From Gammaproteobacteria bacterium (GTDB taxonomy: Bacteria > Pseudomonadota > Gammaproteobacteria > S012-40): a stretch of DNA of 64,000 bases. The notes beneath the pieces are model-generated. The model was given only the letters and a program-made list of their open reading frames with translations. It had not been told where the DNA came from and made no database searches. The position numbers were made by a program, and so were the translations under genes. This document shows positions 1 to 14,195 of the stretch, piece after piece. The stretch spans positions 7,319 to 71,318 of the forward strand of contig JAOUMY010000010.1 in NCBI GenBank assembly GCA_029881255.1. Direction: 5' to 3'. Positions within the stretch are counted from its first letter, which is position 1. Each line of letters opens with the position of its first letter.

Positions 1-513
<513 letters not shown>

Positions 514-541
514 GCAACGGCGCTTATTGGGAGATTCGACC

Positions 542-3500
542 TTGAAAGATCTATTAAATTTACTGAAACAAGGCCAAGCTGAAGAGTTTGACAGCATACG
601 CATCGGCTTAGCTTCGCCTGAGAAGATTCGTTCCTGGTCTTACGGTGAAGTGCGTAAGCCTGAAACGATTAATTACCGTACCTTCAAGCCAGAGCGTGAT
701 GGTCTTTTCTGCGCCAAGATATTTGGTCCGACCAAAGACTACGAGTGTCTGTGTGGAAAGTACAAGCGTCTCAAGCATCGCGGCGTTATTTGTGAAAAAT
801 GCGGTGTTGAGGTTACGTTGGCCAAAGTTCGTCGCGAGCGCATGGGGCATATCGAACTTGCGAGCCCTGTTGCGCACATCTGGTTCTTGAAGTCATTGCC
901 ATCCCGTATGGGCTTGTTGCTCGACATGACTCTCCGTGATATCGAGCGCATTCTATACTTTGAAGCGTTTGTGGTAATTGAATCGGGCATGACAGATATG
1001 CAAACCGGTCAGTTGCTCTCTGATGAAGCGTATCTTGATGCCATCGAACAGTGGGGCGATGAATTCACTGCCAAGATGGGAGCAGAGGCGATACACGACT
1101 TGCTAAAGACTATCGATACGCCAGTTGAGATTGCCAAGATTCGCGACGAAATCGCAGCGACTAATTCAGAGACCAAGCTCAAGAAGTTATCCAAGCGCCT
1201 GAAGTTACTTGAAGCTTTGGAAGAATCAGGAAATAAAGCTGAGTGGATGGTAATGAGTGTATTGCCAGTGCTTCCACCGGAACTGCGCCCATTAGTACCG
1301 CTAGACGGTGGACGTTTCGCGACTTCGGATTTGAATGATTTGTATCGTCGCGTTATTAACCGTAATAACCGTCTCAAACGTCTACTTGATTTGAACGCGC
1401 CTGACATTATCGTGCGAAATGAAAAACGTATGTTGCAGGAAGCGGTTGATGCCTTGTTGGATAACGGTCGCCGTGGACGTGCCATCACTGGCACTAATAA
1501 GCGCCCGTTGAAATCACTCGCCGATATGATCAAAGGTAAGCAAGGTCGTTTCCGTCAGAACCTGTTGGGTAAGCGTGTCGACTATTCCGGTCGTTCGGTT
1601 ATCGTGGTTGGACCTACGCTGCGTTTACATCAGTGCGGTCTGCCTAAGAAGATGGCGCTTGAATTGTTCAAGCCGTTTATTTTTAGCAAGCTTGAGCGTC
1701 GCGGCCTGGCCACGACGATTAAAGCAGCCAAGAAAATGGTAGAGCGTGAAGGCCCAGAGGTTTGGGACGTACTCTCGGATGTCATCCGCGAGCATCCAGT
1801 TCTTCTGAACCGTGCGCCGACGCTGCACCGTCTTGGTATTCAGGCTTTCGAACCAGTGTTGATCGAAGGTAAAGCAATTCAGTTACACCCCTTGGTGTGT
1901 GCTGCCTATAACGCTGACTTTGACGGTGACCAGATGGCGGTCCACGTACCGTTGTCAATCGAAGCGCAGCTTGAAGCGCGTACCTTGATGATGTCATCTA
2001 ATAATGTTCTTTCGCCTGCTAACGGCGAACCGATCATCGTGCCTTCTCAGGACGTTGTACTAGGTTTGTATTATATGACCCGCGATCGCGTTAATGCGCG
2101 TGGTGAAGGTATGTTGTTCTCCAATCCTACCGAGGTGCATCGTGCCTACCATTCGGGCATGGTTGATCTGCATGCTCGCGTAAAGGTGCGTATCACCGAG
2201 ATCATTGAAGACGAGAACGGTCATAAGCAGGAAGTTAAACGCGTGGCTGACACAACTGTCGGGCGTGCGCTTTTGAACGATGTAATGCCAAAAGAAATGC
2301 CATTTGAACTGGTTAATCGCAGTTTGACGAAAAAGGCAATCTCAGGGTTGATCAATCAGTGCTATCGCCGATTAGGCCTTAAAGCAACGGTATTGTTTGC
2401 GGACAAGCTGATGTATACCGGTTTTGCTTACGCAACTCGCTCTGGCGTGTCTTTTGGCGCCGAGGATATGGTTATTCCTGAAGAAAAGGACAAGATCCTG
2501 GGTAAAGCCGAGGAAGAAGTTAAAGAGATTGAAAATCAATACGCTTCCGGTCTCGTTACCAATGGCGAACGTTATAACAAGGTTGTCGATATCTGGTCGC
2601 ATACCAATGACCAGGTTGCCAAAGCGATGATGGAAAAGTTGGGCTACGAATATGTCCAAGATAAAGAAGGAAAAGCGGCTCGTCAGGAGTCATTTAATTC
2701 CATCTTTATGATGGCCGATTCAGGAGCTCGCGGTAGTGCGGCACAGATTCGACAGCTGGCCGGTATGCGTGGTCTCATGGCCAAGCCAGACGGATCTATT
2801 ATCGAAACGCCAATTACTGCGAACTTCCGTGAGGGGTTAAACGTTCTCCAGTACTTTATCTCTACTCACGGTGCTCGAAAGGGTTTGGCTGATACGGCAT
2901 TGAAGACAGCGAACTCAGGTTATTTGACACGGCGTCTGGTGGATGTTGCCCAGGATTTGGTCGTAACTGATTTTGATTGCGGTACGAACCATGGTCTGTT
3001 AATGGAGCCTTTGATCGAAGGTGGTGACGTAGTTGAACCGCTGAGCGAGCGCGTACTTGGTCGTGTAGTAGCTGCAGATGTATGTAAGCCAGGAACAGAC
3101 GAAGTCGTTGCCCCTGCCGGTACTCTACTCGACGAACATTGGGTTGAGGTGCTGGAAGAAAATAGTATTGACCAGGTTTTTGTACGCTCGCCAATAACGT
3201 GTGAGACTCGATACGGTATCTGTGCAAGTTGTTATGGTCGTGACCTGGCGCGTGGCCACCAGGTAAATGCTGGTGAGGCGATTGGTGTTGTAGCGGCTCA
3301 GTCGATCGGTGAACCAGGTACTCAGCTGACCATGCGTACATTCCATATCGGTGGTGCGGCATCGCGATCTGCTGCTGTTAGCAGTGTCGAGGTTAAGGCG
3401 AAAGGAACGCTTCGCCTGCATAACCTGAAGACAGTAATGAACAAAGATAATCACTTGGTCGCTGTTTCTCGCTCCGGCGAAATCGGTGTCCTAGATGATT

Positions 3501-4723
3501 TTGGTCGTGAGCGTGAACGATACAAAGTTCCCTATGGTGCGATTCTGAAATACGGCGACGGTGAAGTGGTTGGCGCTGGTGAAGTCGTCGCAACATGGGA
3601 TCCACATACACACCCGGTTGTGACCGAGGTTGCAGGTAAGATCAAGCTGCATGACTTCGTCGACGGTGTGACTATCATTCGTCAGACAGACGACATCACC
3701 GGTTTGTCCAGCATGGTCATAACTGATCCTAAACAGCGTGGTACTCATGCAAAGGATCTACGACCTATGGTTAAGCTGGTAGACGAAAAAGGTAGTGACC
3801 TGATGCTCGCGGGTACCAATATTCCTGCGATGTACTTCTTGCCAACTGGCGCGATCGTTTCTTTGAGTGATGGTGCCCAGGTAGGTGTTGGTGACATCGT
3901 TGCACGTATTCCTCAGGAGTCATCAAAAACTCGTGACATCACCGGTGGTTTGCCACGTGTTGCTGACTTGTTTGAGGCACGTAAACCGAAAGAACCCGCT
4001 ATTTTGGCTGAAATTTCAGGGACCATTAGCTTCGGAAAGGAAACGAAAGATAAGCAACGTCTGGTAATCACTCCCAATGATGGTAGCGATCATTATGAAG
4101 AGTTGATACCCAAGTGGAGACACGTAACAGTGTTTGAAGGCGAGCATGTTGAAAAAGGTGAGGTGATCTGTGACGGACCCCCTGCGCCACACGATATTCT
4201 CCGTCTACTGGGTGTAAGTGAGCTTGCGCGTTATATCGTTAACGAAGTTCAGGATGTTTATCGTTTACAGGGTGTAAAGATTAACGATAAGCACATTGAA
4301 GTTATCGTTCGCCAAATGCTACGAAAAGTTGAAGTCGATAATCCTGGCGACACTCGTTTCCTCAAAGGTGAGCAAGTTGAACGAGCTAGATTGTTGGATG
4401 AAAACGATAAAATTGTCGCGGCTGGAAAGATGTCAGCAACATTCAATGAATTGTTGCTGGGTATCACTAAAGCATCATTGGCAACGGAGTCTTTCATTTC
4501 TGCAGCGTCCTTCCAGGAAACTACTCGAGTGCTCACCGAAGCTGCTGTTAGCGGCAAGCGCGATGATCTGAGAGGGCTGAAGGAAAACGTGATTGTTGGG
4601 CGCTTGATCCCGGCTGGAACCGGCTTGGCTTATCATGACCAGCGTCGTGGCCAGTCTGATGCTGGCGCGGGTAAAGTTGCATCCGAAATTCCGCAAGAAG
4701 GAACGGAACAGGTAATTAACTAG
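542..4723 (+). CDS. rpoC: DNA-directed RNA polymerase subunit beta'
   Basis: 1390+ aa ORF aligns with E. coli RpoC from the N-terminus (KDLLNLLK…[62 protein letters not shown] catalytic motif). TTG start at 542 preceded by GGAG at 530-533; the ORF track's longer TTG start at 527 is an alternative. Confidence 0.95.
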   Translation: MKDLLNLLKQGQAEEFDSIRIGLASPEKIRSWSYGEVRKPETINYRTFKPERDGLFCAKIFGPTKDYECLCGKYKRLKHRGVICEKCGVEVTLAKVRRERMGHIELASPVAHIWFLKSLPSRMGLLLDMTLRDIERILYFEAFVVIESGMTDMQTGQLLSDEAYLDAIEQWGDEFTAKMGAEAIHDLLKTIDTPVEIAKIRDEIAATNSETKLKKLSKRLKLLEALEESGNKAEWMVMSVLPVLPPELRPLVPLDGGRFATSDLNDLYRRVINRNNRLKRLLDLNAPDIIVRNEKRMLQEAVDALLDNGRRGRAITGTNKRPLKSLADMIKGKQGRFRQNLLGKRVDYSGRSVIVVGPTLRLHQCGLPKKMALELFKPFIFSKLERRGLATTIKAAKKMVEREGPEVWDVLSDVIREHPVLLNRAPTLHRLGIQAFEPVLIEGKAIQLHPLVCAAYNADFDGDQMAVHVPLSIEAQLEARTLMMSSNNVLSPANGEPIIVPSQDVVLGLYYMTRDRVNARGEGMLFSNPTEVHRAYHSGMVDLHARVKVRITEIIEDENGHKQEVKRVADTTVGRALLNDVMPKEMPFELVNRSLTKKAISGLINQCYRRLGLKATVLFADKLMYTGFAYATRSGVSFGAEDMVIPEEKDKILGKAEEEVKEIENQYASGLVTNGERYNKVVDIWSHTNDQVAKAMMEKLGYEYVQDKEGKAARQESFNSIFMMADSGARGSAAQIRQLAGMRGLMAKPDGSIIETPITANFREGLNVLQYFISTHGARKGLADTALKTANSGYLTRRLVDVAQDLVVTDFDCGTNHGLLMEPLIEGGDVVEPLSERVLGRVVAADVCKPGTDEVVAPAGTLLDEHWVEVLEENSIDQVFVRSPITCETRYGICASCYGRDLARGHQVNAGEAIGVVAAQSIGEPGTQLTMRTFHIGGAASRSAAVSSVEVKAKGTLRLHNLKTVMNKDNHLVAVSRSGEIGVLDDFGRERERYKVPYGAILKYGDGEVVGAGEVVATWDPHTHPVVTEVAGKIKLHDFVDGVTIIRQTDDITGLSSMVITDPKQRGTHAKDLRPMVKLVDEKGSDLMLAGTNIPAMYFLPTGAIVSLSDGAQVGVGDIVARIPQESSKTRDITGGLPRVADLFEARKPKEPAILAEISGTISFGKETKDKQRLVITPNDGSDHYEELIPKWRHVTVFEGEHVEKGEVICDGPPAPHDILRLLGVSELARYIVNEVQDVYRLQGVKINDKHIEVIVRQMLRKVEVDNPGDTRFLKGEQVERARLLDENDKIVAAGKMSATFNELLLGITKASLATESFISAASFQETTRVLTEAAVSGKRDDLRGLKENVIVGRLIPAGTGLAYHDQRRGQSDAGAGKVASEIPQEGTEQVIN

Positions 4724-4742
4724 CGCCTGATCCTTTAAAAAA

Positions 4743-4779
4743 AGGCCGACCTAAGCAGTATCAGGGTCGGCTTTTTTTG
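4743..4779 (+). terminator. Rho-independent terminator after rpoC (A-tract upstream, so possibly bidirectional)
   Basis: GC stem GCCGACC(4745-4751)/GGTCGGC(4765-4771) with 13-nt loop followed by TTTTTTT (4772-4778). Confidence 0.6.
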
Positions 4780-4837
4780 TGTTGATTTTGTTGGTGATTT
4801 CATGCTGGCTGAAAACCCTTCGGGATTGAAGTTGTGC

Positions 4838-4866
4838 TTGACATCAATAGGGGGACTCTCTAAAAT
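4838..4866 (+). promoter_or_regulatory. sigma70-type promoter of the str operon (rpsL-rpsG-fusA-tuf)
   Basis: Consensus -35 TTGACA (4838-4843), exact 17-nt spacer, -10 TAAAAT (4861-4866), ~70 nt upstream of rpsL ATG. Confidence 0.55.
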
Positions 4867-4937
4867 TGCGCCTCCTTTGAATTCGCTGGTGACAGGCGAG
4901 GTTGCTTGTTGCTTATTTTTATGCCTTGGAGTGGTTG

Positions 4938-5312
4938 ATGGCTACAGTTAATCAATTAGTGCGGAGTCCCCGTAAGCGCAAGAGGGAAAAGACAAATGTA
5001 CCTGCGCTTGAAGGTTGTCCTCAGCGTCGTGGCGTGTGTACTCGTGTTTACACAACGACGCCAAAGAAGCCAAATTCGGCTCTGCGCAAGGTCGCGCGTG
5101 TTCGCCTGACTAATGGTATGGAAGTGACTTCCTATATTGGTGGTGAGGGGCATAATCTTCAGGAGCACTCGGTCATCTTGATTCGTGGTGGTCGTGTTAA
5201 AGATTTGCCAGGTGTGCGTTATCACACCGTGCGCGGAACTCTGGATACGTCAGGCGTGCAAAATCGTCGTCAGGGACGTTCCAAGTATGGCGCGAAGCGT
5301 CCTAAGTCGTAA
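4938..5312 (+). CDS. rpsL: 30S ribosomal protein S12
   Basis: [15 protein letters not shown]…[31 protein letters not shown] aligns along its full length with E. coli S12; ATG at 4938 (track ORF begins earlier at 4902). Confidence 0.95.
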   Translation: MATVNQLVRSPRKRKREKTNVPALEGCPQRRGVCTRVYTTTPKKPNSALRKVARVRLTNGMEVTSYIGGEGHNLQEHSVILIRGGRVKDLPGVRYHTVRGTLDTSGVQNRRQGRSKYGAKRPKS

Positions 5313-5804
<492 letters not shown>

Positions 5805-5828
5805 TTTTCCGGCTCTGGAGATTTGGTC

Positions 5829-7928
5829 GTGGCACGCAAAACCCCAATTGAGCGCTACCGAAATATCGGGATTATGGCGCACATTGATGCGGGTAAGACC
5901 ACGACGACAGAGCGAGTTTTGTTTTATACCGGTTTGTCCCATAAGATCGGCGAGGTTCATGATGGCGCTGCCACTATGGACTGGATGGAGCAGGAGCAGG
6001 AAAGAGGTATAACCATAACCTCTGCTGCTACGACTTGTTTCTGGCGAGGGATGGACAAGCAGTTTGAAGAGCACCGTATCAATATAATTGATACGCCAGG
6101 GCACGTAGACTTCACTATTGAAGTCGAACGTTCACTTAGGGTCCTGGATGGAGCGTGCGCCGTTTTTTGTGCGGTAGGTGGTGTAGAGCCTCAGTCAGAG
6201 ACGGTCTGGCGGCAGGCGAACAAGTATCACGTTCCACGTCTGGCATTTGTGAATAAGATGGACCGTGCGGGCGCAAATTTTCTGCGTGTCGTTGGTCAGA
6301 TAAAAGATAGATTGGGGGCGAATCCAGTCCCCGTTCAGTTGCCAATAGGTGCTGAGGAAACGTTTCAAGGTGTTATTGACCTGATACGTATGAAGGCCAT
6401 CTTCTGGAATGAGGCTGATATGGGTCTAACCTATGATGCCCGTGAGATTCCCCAGGAGTTTATGGCTGAGGCTCGAAAGTATCGCGAAAAGATGCTTGAG
6501 TCCGCCGCAGAGGCCTCTGAAGAATTGATGGAGAAGTATCTCGAAGATGGAGATCTCTCCGAAGAGGATGTTGTTAGTGGTTTGCGTGTTCAGGCCCTGG
6601 CAAATGAAATCGTTCCCTGTTTGTGTGGTTCTGCTTTCAAGAACAAAGGCGTGCAGGCGCTGTTGGATGCGGTGGTTAAGTATCTTCCGTCCCCGACAGA
6701 GGTGCCCGCAATTAAAGGCACGCTGGATGACAAGGGCGAGACTGTGGCGGAGCGTCACGCTGATGATAGAGAGCCGTTTTCTGCACTGGCGTTCAAGATT
6801 GCAACAGATCCATTTGTTGGAACGTTGACCTTTTTTCGAGTTTATTCCGGTATGATATCGACCGGCGACGCGGTTTTTAACCCGGTCAAAGGCAAGCGGG
6901 AACGAATCGGGCGTCTGGTACAGATGCACGCTAACAGTCGAGAAGAAATTAAAGAGGTCTGTGCCGGCGATATCGCGGCGGCAATAGGGCTCAAAGATGT
7001 CACAACTGGCGACACTCTGTGTGACATGAATAAAGTTATTACGCTGGAGCGCATGGAATTTCCAGTGCCGGTTATCTCGGTAGCAATAGAACCGAAGACA
7101 ACTGCGGACCAAGAGAAAATGTCAATTGCGCTCGGCAAGCTTGCACAGGAAGATCCGTCTTTTCGAGTGCATACCGACGAAGAGTCGGGGCAGACGATAA
7201 TCTCAGGAATGGGTGAATTGCACCTCGAAATTATCGTTGATCGTATGAAGCGCGAATTCAAGGTAGAAGCCAATGTGGGTGCACCGCAAGTGGCATACCG
7301 GGAAACGATACGCGGTTCGGTCGAACAGGAAGGTAAGTTTGTTCGGCAGTCCGGAGGTCGCGGACAATACGGCCATGTGTGGCTAAAAATTGAGCCTCTG
7401 GAAGCGGGCGCTGGCTACGAATTCGTTAACGCGGTAGTTGGTGGAGTCATCCCGAAGGAATATATTCCGGCGGTAGACAAAGGCATCCAGGAGCAAATGG
7501 AGAACGGGATTCTCGCCGGATATCCGGTTGTTGATGTCAAGGTGACCTTGTTCGATGGTTCATACCATGACGTAGATTCCAATGAGATGGCATTTAAGAT
7601 TGCCGGCTCGATGGGATTTAGGGAAGGTGTCACCAAGGCTAACCCAGCACTGCTTGAGCCGATAATGAAGGTTGAGGTAGTTACCCCGGAAGAATATATG
7701 GGGGACGTTATGGGGGATCTGAATCGGAGACGCGGAATTGTTCAAGGTATGGACGATGCCCCGGCCGGGCGGATTATCAGAGCGGAAGTGCCGTTGGCAG
7801 AGATGTTTGGGTATGCCACCGATTTGAGGTCAGCAACCCAGGGGCGAGCCACGTATTCGATGGAATTCGCTAAGTATGCAGAAGCGCCGAATAATGTCGC
7901 TGATGCAGTGATTAAACGAGCGTCATAA
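5829..7928 (+). CDS. fusA: Elongation factor G
   Basis: GTPase motifs [21 protein letters not shown]; full-length alignment to EF-G. Likely GTG start at 5829 ([15 protein letters not shown]…; GGAG at 5816-5819); track gives TTG at 5823. Confidence 0.95.
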   Translation: MARKTPIERYRNIGIMAHIDAGKTTTTERVLFYTGLSHKIGEVHDGAATMDWMEQEQERGITITSAATTCFWRGMDKQFEEHRINIIDTPGHVDFTIEVERSLRVLDGACAVFCAVGGVEPQSETVWRQANKYHVPRLAFVNKMDRAGANFLRVVGQIKDRLGANPVPVQLPIGAEETFQGVIDLIRMKAIFWNEADMGLTYDAREIPQEFMAEARKYREKMLESAAEASEELMEKYLEDGDLSEEDVVSGLRVQALANEIVPCLCGSAFKNKGVQALLDAVVKYLPSPTEVPAIKGTLDDKGETVAERHADDREPFSALAFKIATDPFVGTLTFFRVYSGMISTGDAVFNPVKGKRERIGRLVQMHANSREEIKEVCAGDIAAAIGLKDVTTGDTLCDMNKVITLERMEFPVPVISVAIEPKTTADQEKMSIALGKLAQEDPSFRVHTDEESGQTIISGMGELHLEIIVDRMKREFKVEANVGAPQVAYRETIRGSVEQEGKFVRQSGGRGQYGHVWLKIEPLEAGAGYEFVNAVVGGVIPKEYIPAVDKGIQEQMENGILAGYPVVDVKVTLFDGSYHDVDSNEMAFKIAGSMGFREGVTKANPALLEPIMKVEVVTPEEYMGDVMGDLNRRRGIVQGMDDAPAGRIIRAEVPLAEMFGYATDLRSATQGRATYSMEFAKYAEAPNNVADAVIKRAS

Positions 7929-7959
7929 TTATTAACCTTTATAGTGATGAGGTAGAGCT

Positions 7960-9150
7960 GTGTCCAAGGAAAAATTTGAGCGTAAGAAGCCGCACGTAAA
8001 CGTCGGAACGATCGGTCACGTTGACCACGGTAAGACAACGCTGACAGCGGCGATTACCAAGGTAATGGCGGAAAAGTACGGTGGCGAGTTTAAAGACTAC
8101 GCAAACATCGACAGTGCACCGGAAGAGCGTGCCCGTGGAATCACGATCGCGACCGCCCACGTTGAGTATGAGTCAGCGGCGCGTCACTATGCGCACGTAG
8201 ACTGCCCTGGACACGCGGACTATGTAAAGAACATGATCACTGGTGCGGCACAGATGGACGGCGCGATCCTGGTATGCTCCGCTGCTGATGGCCCAATGCC
8301 ACAGACGCGTGAACACATTCTGTTGTCGCGTCAGGTAGGCGTACCGTATATCGTGGTGTTCCTGAATAAGGCAGACATGGTAGACGACGAAGAATTGATG
8401 GAACTGGTAGAGATGGAAGTGCGTGAACTGCTGTCTTCTTACGAATTCCCAGGTGATGACATTCCGGTAGTAAAAGGTTCAGCCCTGAAGGCACTGGAAG
8501 GCGACACTTCTGAAATCGGCGTACCGGCTGTAGAGGCGCTGGTAGCGGCAATGGACTCTTACTTCCCAGAGCCGGAGCGTGCGATTGATGGCGCATTCAT
8601 CCTGCCAATCGAAGACGTGTTCTCGATCTCCGGTCGTGGCACAGTGGTCACCGGTCGTATCGAGCGTGGCATCGTGAACGTGGGAGATGAAGTGGAAATC
8701 GTGGGCATCAGAGATACGACCAAGACCACGGTTACCGGTGTTGAGATGTTCCGCAAGTTGCTTGATCAAGGTCAGGCGGGTGATAACGTGGGTGTACTGC
8801 TGCGTGGAACCAAGCGTGAAGACGTTGAGCGTGGACAGGTATTGTGTAAGCCGGGCTCGATCAAGCCGCACACGAAGTTTGAAGCGGAAGTGTACGTGCT
8901 GAGCAAGGAAGAAGGTGGTCGTCACACGCCATTCTTCAAGGGATATCGTCCTCAGTTTTATTTCCGTACCACAGACGTAACCGGTGCGTGTGAGTTGCCA
9001 GACGGCGTAGAAATGGTAATGCCAGGTGACAACGTGAACATGAAGGTCGAGCTAATCGCCCCGATTGCAATGGAAGAAGGTCTGCGCTTTGCGATCCGTG
9101 AAGGCGGTCGTACAGTAGGTGCAGGTGTTGTTGCCAAGATTTTTGAGTGA
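7960..9150 (+). CDS. tuf: Elongation factor Tu
   Basis: 396-aa product with [23 protein letters not shown] motifs, near-identical to proteobacterial EF-Tu; GTG start at 7960 preceded by GAGGTAGAG. Confidence 0.95.
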   Translation: MSKEKFERKKPHVNVGTIGHVDHGKTTLTAAITKVMAEKYGGEFKDYANIDSAPEERARGITIATAHVEYESAARHYAHVDCPGHADYVKNMITGAAQMDGAILVCSAADGPMPQTREHILLSRQVGVPYIVVFLNKADMVDDEELMELVEMEVRELLSSYEFPGDDIPVVKGSALKALEGDTSEIGVPAVEALVAAMDSYFPEPERAIDGAFILPIEDVFSISGRGTVVTGRIERGIVNVGDEVEIVGIRDTTKTTVTGVEMFRKLLDQGQAGDNVGVLLRGTKREDVERGQVLCKPGSIKPHTKFEAEVYVLSKEEGGRHTPFFKGYRPQFYFRTTDVTGACELPDGVEMVMPGDNVNMKVELIAPIAMEEGLRFAIREGGRTVGAGVVAKIFE

Positions 9151-9155
9151 AACAA

Positions 9156-9467
9156 ATGACTAATCAACGTATACGTATTCGTCTTAAAGGGTTTGATCAT
9201 CGTTTGATCGATCAATCTACAAAGGAAATTGTTGAGACTGCAAAGCGCACAGGTGCGCAGGTTCGCGGCCCGATTCCTTTGCCTACTAAGATCGAAAAGT
9301 TCACAATACTGATTTCACCACACGTAAACAAAGACGCGCGTGATCAGTATGAGATCCGTACGCACAAGCGTTTAATGGATATTGTCGATCCAACAGACAA
9401 AACCGTAGACGCGCTCATGAAGCTGGATCTTGCAGCTGGCGTAGACGTACAGATTAAACTTAATTAA
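9156..9467 (+). CDS. rpsJ: 30S ribosomal protein S10
   Basis: [44 protein letters not shown]… matches S10; ATG at 9156 lies only 5 nt after tuf stop (no long S10 leader). Confidence 0.95.
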   Translation: MTNQRIRIRLKGFDHRLIDQSTKEIVETAKRTGAQVRGPIPLPTKIEKFTILISPHVNKDARDQYEIRTHKRLMDIVDPTDKTVDALMKLDLAAGVDVQIKLN

Positions 9468-9566
9468 TGTAATCGGTTGGGTAGGCTGGGTTTTGCCGGC
9501 CGCCCGGTTTTTTTAAATACTAGTTCAGTACCGATCAACCGTAATTGGTACGAAGAGGATAGAATA

Positions 9567-10211
9567 ATGGCAATAGGTGTCATCGGCCGCAAATGCGGTA
9601 TGACACGGATTTTTACACCTGAAGGTGTATCCGTGCCTGTAACCGTTATCGAAGTTGAGCCAAATCGTGTCACCCAGGTAAAGACAGTCGAAACTGACGG
9701 CTATAATGCTGTGCAGGTCACTGTGGGGACTCGCCGTGCTAACCGAGTCAACAAAGCGATGGCTGGTCACTTTGCAAAAGGTGGCGTAGAAGCTGGTCGT
9801 GGTCTGTGGGAATTCCGTCTGGATGAGCCCGCTGGTGACGACATGCAAGTTGGCTCTGAAATCAAAGTCGATAAGTTCTCTGAAGGTCAAACTGTAGACG
9901 TAACCGGCACCTCAATAGGTAAAGGTTTCGCAGGTACCATTAAGCGTCACCACTTCGCTGGTAAAGACGCAACTCATGGAAACTCCATATCTCATCGTAC
10001 TCCAGGATCTATCGGACAAAACCAAAGTCCGGGACGTGTCTTCAAAGGGAAGAAAATGTCCGGGCACTTGGGTAATGTGCGTCGCACTGTGCAGAATCTT
10101 GATGTTGTTCGCGTCGATGCGGAACGTAATCTGATTTTGGTCAGAGGCGCTGTACCTGGTTCTAAGGGCGGTGATGTTATTGTGCGCTCTGCTGTGAAAG
10201 CTGGGTCCTGA
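9567..10211 (+). CDS. rplC: 50S ribosomal protein L3
   Basis: [30 protein letters not shown]… aligns with E. coli L3 from residue 1; RBS GAAGAGGA at 9553-9560. Track ORF 9477 start is an upstream in-frame extension. Confidence 0.95.
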   Translation: MAIGVIGRKCGMTRIFTPEGVSVPVTVIEVEPNRVTQVKTVETDGYNAVQVTVGTRRANRVNKAMAGHFAKGGVEAGRGLWEFRLDEPAGDDMQVGSEIKVDKFSEGQTVDVTGTSIGKGFAGTIKRHHFAGKDATHGNSISHRTPGSIGQNQSPGRVFKGKKMSGHLGNVRRTVQNLDVVRVDAERNLILVRGAVPGSKGGDVIVRSAVKAGS

Positions 10212-10222
10212 GGAGATAGACA

Positions 10223-10840
10223 ATGGAGTTAAAAGTAACCGCATACAATGGTGGCGCCGGATCCAATGTAACTGTCTCCGAAACAGTTTTTCAGCGCGAC
10301 TTTAATGAAGGCCTGATTCATCAGGTAGTGACTGCATATCTTGCTGGTGCACGCGCAGGTACAAGAGCACATAAAAGTCGCTCTGATGTAAGTGGCGGTG
10401 GCGCCAAACCATGGCGTCAAAAAGGTACAGGTCGCGCCCGTGCCGGTACCATCCGTAGTCCTATATGGCGCGGGGGCGGTAAGACTTTCGCTGCTCGCCC
10501 AGTTGATTATTCTCAGAAGGTTAATCGCAAGATGCATCGCGCAGCATTGTGTTCCATTCTGTCTGAATTGGTTCGTCAAGATCGTCTGGTTGTTCTGGAT
10601 AACGTATCTATTGATGCACCCAAAACGAAAGAGTTGGCAGCAAAATTAAAGGGTATGGGGATTGATAACGCGCTGATCGTATCCGCGAATTACGATCAAA
10701 ACCTGCATCTTTCTTCTAGAAACCTTCCATACATAGACGCAGTGGATGTCAGTAAAGTTAATCCTGTAAATCTGATTTCCCATGAGAAGGTTTTGATGTC
10801 AGCGGAAGCGATCAAAAAATTCGAGGAGATGTTGGGATGA
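10223..10840 (+). CDS. rplD: 50S ribosomal protein L4
   Basis: [11 protein letters not shown]…[25 protein letters not shown]… full-length match to L4. Confidence 0.95.
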   Translation: MELKVTAYNGGAGSNVTVSETVFQRDFNEGLIHQVVTAYLAGARAGTRAHKSRSDVSGGGAKPWRQKGTGRARAGTIRSPIWRGGGKTFAARPVDYSQKVNRKMHRAALCSILSELVRQDRLVVLDNVSIDAPKTKELAAKLKGMGIDNALIVSANYDQNLHLSSRNLPYIDAVDVSKVNPVNLISHEKVLMSAEAIKKFEEMLG

Positions 10841-11136
10841 AAAACGAAAAATTGATCAAGCTGATTAAAGCGCCCCATGTTTCTGAAAAAGCAACAAATG
10901 CAGCTGAGAGTAATAATCAGATTGTCCTTAAAGTCGAAAAAGATGCGACTAAAAAGGAAATAAAAGAAGCTGTGGAGCTGATGTTTGACACGAAAGTCGA
11001 CAAGGTTCGTGTCTGTAATATGAAGGCTAAGCGCAAAATGCGTGTCCGTGGCCAGGAAGGACGTCGTCCAGGCTGGAAGAAGGCGTATGTATCTCTGGCA
11101 GAAGGTCAGAACATCGACTTCATGAGTGCTGAATAA
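10837..11136 (+). CDS. rplW: 50S ribosomal protein L23
   Basis: 99-aa product (…[10 protein letters not shown]…[15 protein letters not shown]…) matches L23; ATGA start/stop overlap with rplD. Confidence 0.95.
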   Translation: MKNEKLIKLIKAPHVSEKATNAAESNNQIVLKVEKDATKKEIKEAVELMFDTKVDKVRVCNMKAKRKMRVRGQEGRRPGWKKAYVSLAEGQNIDFMSAE

Positions 11137-11157
11137 GACGCGAGAAGGTAAAAGACT

Positions 11158-11982
11158 ATGGCGGTTGTAAAGGCAAAACCAACATCGGCGGGACGTCGAT
11201 TCGTCGTTAAAGTTGTTAATCCAGATTTGCACAAGGGCAAGCCTTATGCTGGATTAGTGGAAAAACAAATTCAGAAATCCGGACGTAATAACGCGGGACG
11301 TGTTACCGTTCGTCACCGTGGGGGCGGTCATAAGCAACACTATCGTGTTGTGGATTTCAAGCGTGACAAAACTGGCATTCCTGCGGTTGTTGAGCGTCTG
11401 GAATATGACCCTAACCGTACTGCACATATTGCGCTGCTGAAATATGCAGATGGTGAGCGTCGCTACATAATCGCGCCCAATAATATCAAGACAGGTGACG
11501 CGATTTCGTCAGGCCCAGATTCGCCGATTAAGCCGGGTAATGCAATGCCGTTACGCAACATTCCGGTTGGTACCAATGTACACTGTGTTGAGTTAAAACC
11601 AGGTAAAGGCGCTCAATTCGCCAGAAGTGCAGGTGCTTCGGTGCAGTTAGTAGCGAAAGAAGGTCAGTACGCAATGATTCGTATGCGTTCCGGTGAACTT
11701 CGTAAGGTGCTGATTGATGGTATGGCGACAATTGGTGAAGTTAGCAACACTGAACACAATCTTCGTTCTCTCGGTAAAGCGGGTGCGAAGCGTTGGCGCG
11801 GTATAAGACCTACTGTACGTGGTGTAGCGATGAACCCGGTTGATCACCCACACGGCGGTGGTGAAGGACGTACTTCCGGCGGAAGACATCCTGTAACTCC
11901 TTGGGGTACGCCAACTAAGGGTTATAAGACTCGCACAAATAAGCGTACAAGTAAGTTAATCGTACGCAGACGCGGAAAATAA
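11158..11982 (+). CDS. rplB: 50S ribosomal protein L2
   Basis: [29 protein letters not shown]…[13 protein letters not shown]… classic L2. Confidence 0.95.
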   Translation: MAVVKAKPTSAGRRFVVKVVNPDLHKGKPYAGLVEKQIQKSGRNNAGRVTVRHRGGGHKQHYRVVDFKRDKTGIPAVVERLEYDPNRTAHIALLKYADGERRYIIAPNNIKTGDAISSGPDSPIKPGNAMPLRNIPVGTNVHCVELKPGKGAQFARSAGASVQLVAKEGQYAMIRMRSGELRKVLIDGMATIGEVSNTEHNLRSLGKAGAKRWRGIRPTVRGVAMNPVDHPHGGGEGRTSGGRHPVTPWGTPTKGYKTRTNKRTSKLIVRRRGK

Positions 11983-11998
11983 GGTAAGAGGATAAGGT

Positions 11999-12271
11999 AT
12001 GCCACGTTCAATTAAGAAAGGTCCTTTTATTGATGCGCACCTGGCGAGTAAAGTACGCCAGGCGATAGAAACGAACAATAAGCGCCCAATCAAGACATGG
12101 TCCCGTCGTTCTATGGTATTTCCAGATATGGTTGGATTTACCATTGCCGTACATAACGGCAAACAGCACGTTCCTGTTCTGGTTACTGAGAACATGGTGG
12201 GTCATAAATTGGGTGAGTTCGCGTTGACACGTACATATCGTGGACATGCGGCGGATAAAAAGTCCAGGTAA
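11999..12271 (+). CDS. rpsS: 30S ribosomal protein S19
   Basis: [15 protein letters not shown]…[10 protein letters not shown]…GHKLGEF… matches S19. Confidence 0.95.
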   Translation: MPRSIKKGPFIDAHLASKVRQAIETNNKRPIKTWSRRSMVFPDMVGFTIAVHNGKQHVPVLVTENMVGHKLGEFALTRTYRGHAADKKSR

Positions 12272-12284
12272 TAGGTAAGGAATT

Positions 12285-12617
12285 ATGCAAGTTCAGGCGA
12301 AATTGAGATACGCACGGATTTCTCCGCAAAAGACCCGACTGGTAGCAGACCAGATTCGCGGAAAAGATGTTGAGAAGGCTCTACAGTTTTTAACTTTCAG
12401 TACTAAAAAAGCTTCAGCTATCGTGAAAAAGGTTTTGGAGTCAGCGATAGCTAATGCCGAGCACAATGAAGGTGCTGACATAGACGAGTTGAAAGTAAAG
12501 GCTATTACAGTAGATGAAGGTCCCGTTTATAAGCGCATACAAGCGCGCGCAAAGGGCCGAGCCAATCGAATTCTCAAGCGCACCAGTCACATCACTGTGA
12601 CCGTAGCAGATCAATAA
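12285..12617 (+). CDS. rplV: 50S ribosomal protein L22
   Basis: 110-aa product with …[10 protein letters not shown]…[22 protein letters not shown]… matches L22. Confidence 0.95.
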   Translation: MQVQAKLRYARISPQKTRLVADQIRGKDVEKALQFLTFSTKKASAIVKKVLESAIANAEHNEGADIDELKVKAITVDEGPVYKRIQARAKGRANRILKRTSHITVTVADQ

Positions 12618-12629
12618 GAGGACGGTGAA

Positions 12630-13307
12630 ATGGGTCAAAAAGTACATCCAACTGGTATACGCTTAGGAATCGTTACTGATTGGAACTCTAAGTGGTTTGC
12701 TGAAACCAAGGATTATGCTGATAACCTGATTAACGATATTCAGGTTCGTGAGTTTTTGAAGAACAAACTCAAGCATGCTTCTGTAAGCAAAATCATAATC
12801 GAACGTCCTGCCAAGAACGCGCGTATCACAATACACAGTGCTCGCCCAGGTATCGTAATTGGCAAGAAAGGTGAAGATATCGAGAAGCTGAGAGCCGAAG
12901 TATCCAAAATGATGGGTATTCCGGTCCACATTAATATCGAAGAAGTGCGTAAACCTGAACTTGATGCGCAACTGGTTGCTGAAAGTGTCGCTCAGCAATT
13001 GGAAAAACGTATTATGTTTCGCCGTGCCATGAAGCGTGCTGTTACCAATGCGATGCGATTGGGTGCACAAGGTGTTCGAATTAATGTTTCAGGTCGATTG
13101 AACGGAGCTGAAATCGCACGTGCGGAATGGTATCGCGAAGGCCGCGTTCCTTTGCACACACTGCGCGCCGATATCGATTACGGCTTTGCCGAAGCTTTGA
13201 CGACATATGGCATCATCGGTGTCAAAGTCTGGATCTTCAAAGGTGAAGTTTTCGGCAAGGGCGCAGAAGAAGAAGCGCCTAGCTCCAAAAAGACGGCTAA
13301 CGCCTAA
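12630..13307 (+). CDS. rpsC: 30S ribosomal protein S3
   Basis: [24 protein letters not shown]… KH and S3-C domains, full-length S3. Confidence 0.95.
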   Translation: MGQKVHPTGIRLGIVTDWNSKWFAETKDYADNLINDIQVREFLKNKLKHASVSKIIIERPAKNARITIHSARPGIVIGKKGEDIEKLRAEVSKMMGIPVHINIEEVRKPELDAQLVAESVAQQLEKRIMFRRAMKRAVTNAMRLGAQGVRINVSGRLNGAEIARAEWYREGRVPLHTLRADIDYGFAEALTTYGIIGVKVWIFKGEVFGKGAEEEAPSSKKTANA

Positions 13308-13324
13308 GTAGGAAGGAGTTAGAG

Positions 13325-13738
13325 ATGTTACAGCCAAAACGTACAAAATTCCGTAAAGTCCACAAAGGTAGAAACCGTGGTTGGGCTCAAAATGGTAACA
13401 AGGTGAGTTTCGGAGAATATGGATTAAAAGCCACAGAGCGTGGGCGTTTAACTGCTCGTCAAATCGAAGCAGCGCGTCGTGCCATGACTCGTCACATCAA
13501 ACGTGGTGGTAAAATCTGGATTCGTGTTTTCCCAGATAAGCCGATTACAGAAAAGCCACTCGAAGTTCGTATGGGTAGTGGTAAGGGAAATGTTGAATAC
13601 TGGGTTTCACAGGTTCAGCCTGGTTCAATGCTCTATGAAATGGAAGGTGTGACTGAAGAGATCGCACGTGAAGCCTTCCGTTTGGCAGCAGCCAAGCTTC
13701 CAGTAAAAACCACATTCGTAACGCGTACGGTGATGTGA
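13325..13738 (+). CDS. rplP: 50S ribosomal protein L16
   Basis: [19 protein letters not shown]… matches L16. Confidence 0.95.
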   Translation: MLQPKRTKFRKVHKGRNRGWAQNGNKVSFGEYGLKATERGRLTARQIEAARRAMTRHIKRGGKIWIRVFPDKPITEKPLEVRMGSGKGNVEYWVSQVQPGSMLYEMEGVTEEIAREAFRLAAAKLPVKTTFVTRTVM

Positions 13739-13938
13739 TGAAAGCGAGTGAACTTCAATCAAAAGATACAAATGCGCTGAAGCAAGAGCTTGAAGGCTTG
13801 CTCAAGGAGCATTTTAATCTCCGGATGCAAAAAGCAACGGGGCAGCTAGGGCAGTCACATCTGCTCGGCACGGTAAAGCGAGATATAGCTCGAGTAAAAA
13901 CAGTACTTAACCAGAAAGCTAGGGGCGGTAAGAAATGA
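13738..13938 (+). CDS. rpmC: 50S ribosomal protein L29
   Basis: [37 protein letters not shown]…; ATG overlaps rplP TGA stop (ATGA). Track lists GTG at 13735. Confidence 0.9.
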   Translation: MKASELQSKDTNALKQELEGLLKEHFNLRMQKATGQLGQSHLLGTVKRDIARVKTVLNQKARGGKK

Positions 13939-14195
13939 GTGAACAGCATGATACCCAGCGCACATTAGTTGGTCGCGTCGTCAGCGATAAGATGGATAAA
14001 ACCATCACGGTATTAATTGAGCGCAAGGTTCCTCACCCTATTTATGGGAAGTATGTAAAACGCTCCACGAAGCTGAAGGCTCACGACGAGACAAATTCGG
14101 CAGGTCCCGGAGATACAGTTTCTATTATTCAGTGTCGTCCTCTTTCCAAGACCAAGACATGGCGTTTGGTTGAGGTGATTGAGAAGGCTAAGTAA
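13935..14195 (+). CDS. rpsQ: 30S ribosomal protein S17
   Basis: …[43 protein letters not shown]… matches S17; ATGA overlap with rpmC stop. Confidence 0.95.
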   Translation: MSEQHDTQRTLVGRVVSDKMDKTITVLIERKVPHPIYGKYVKRSTKLKAHDETNSAGPGDTVSIIQCRPLSKTKTWRLVEVIEKAK

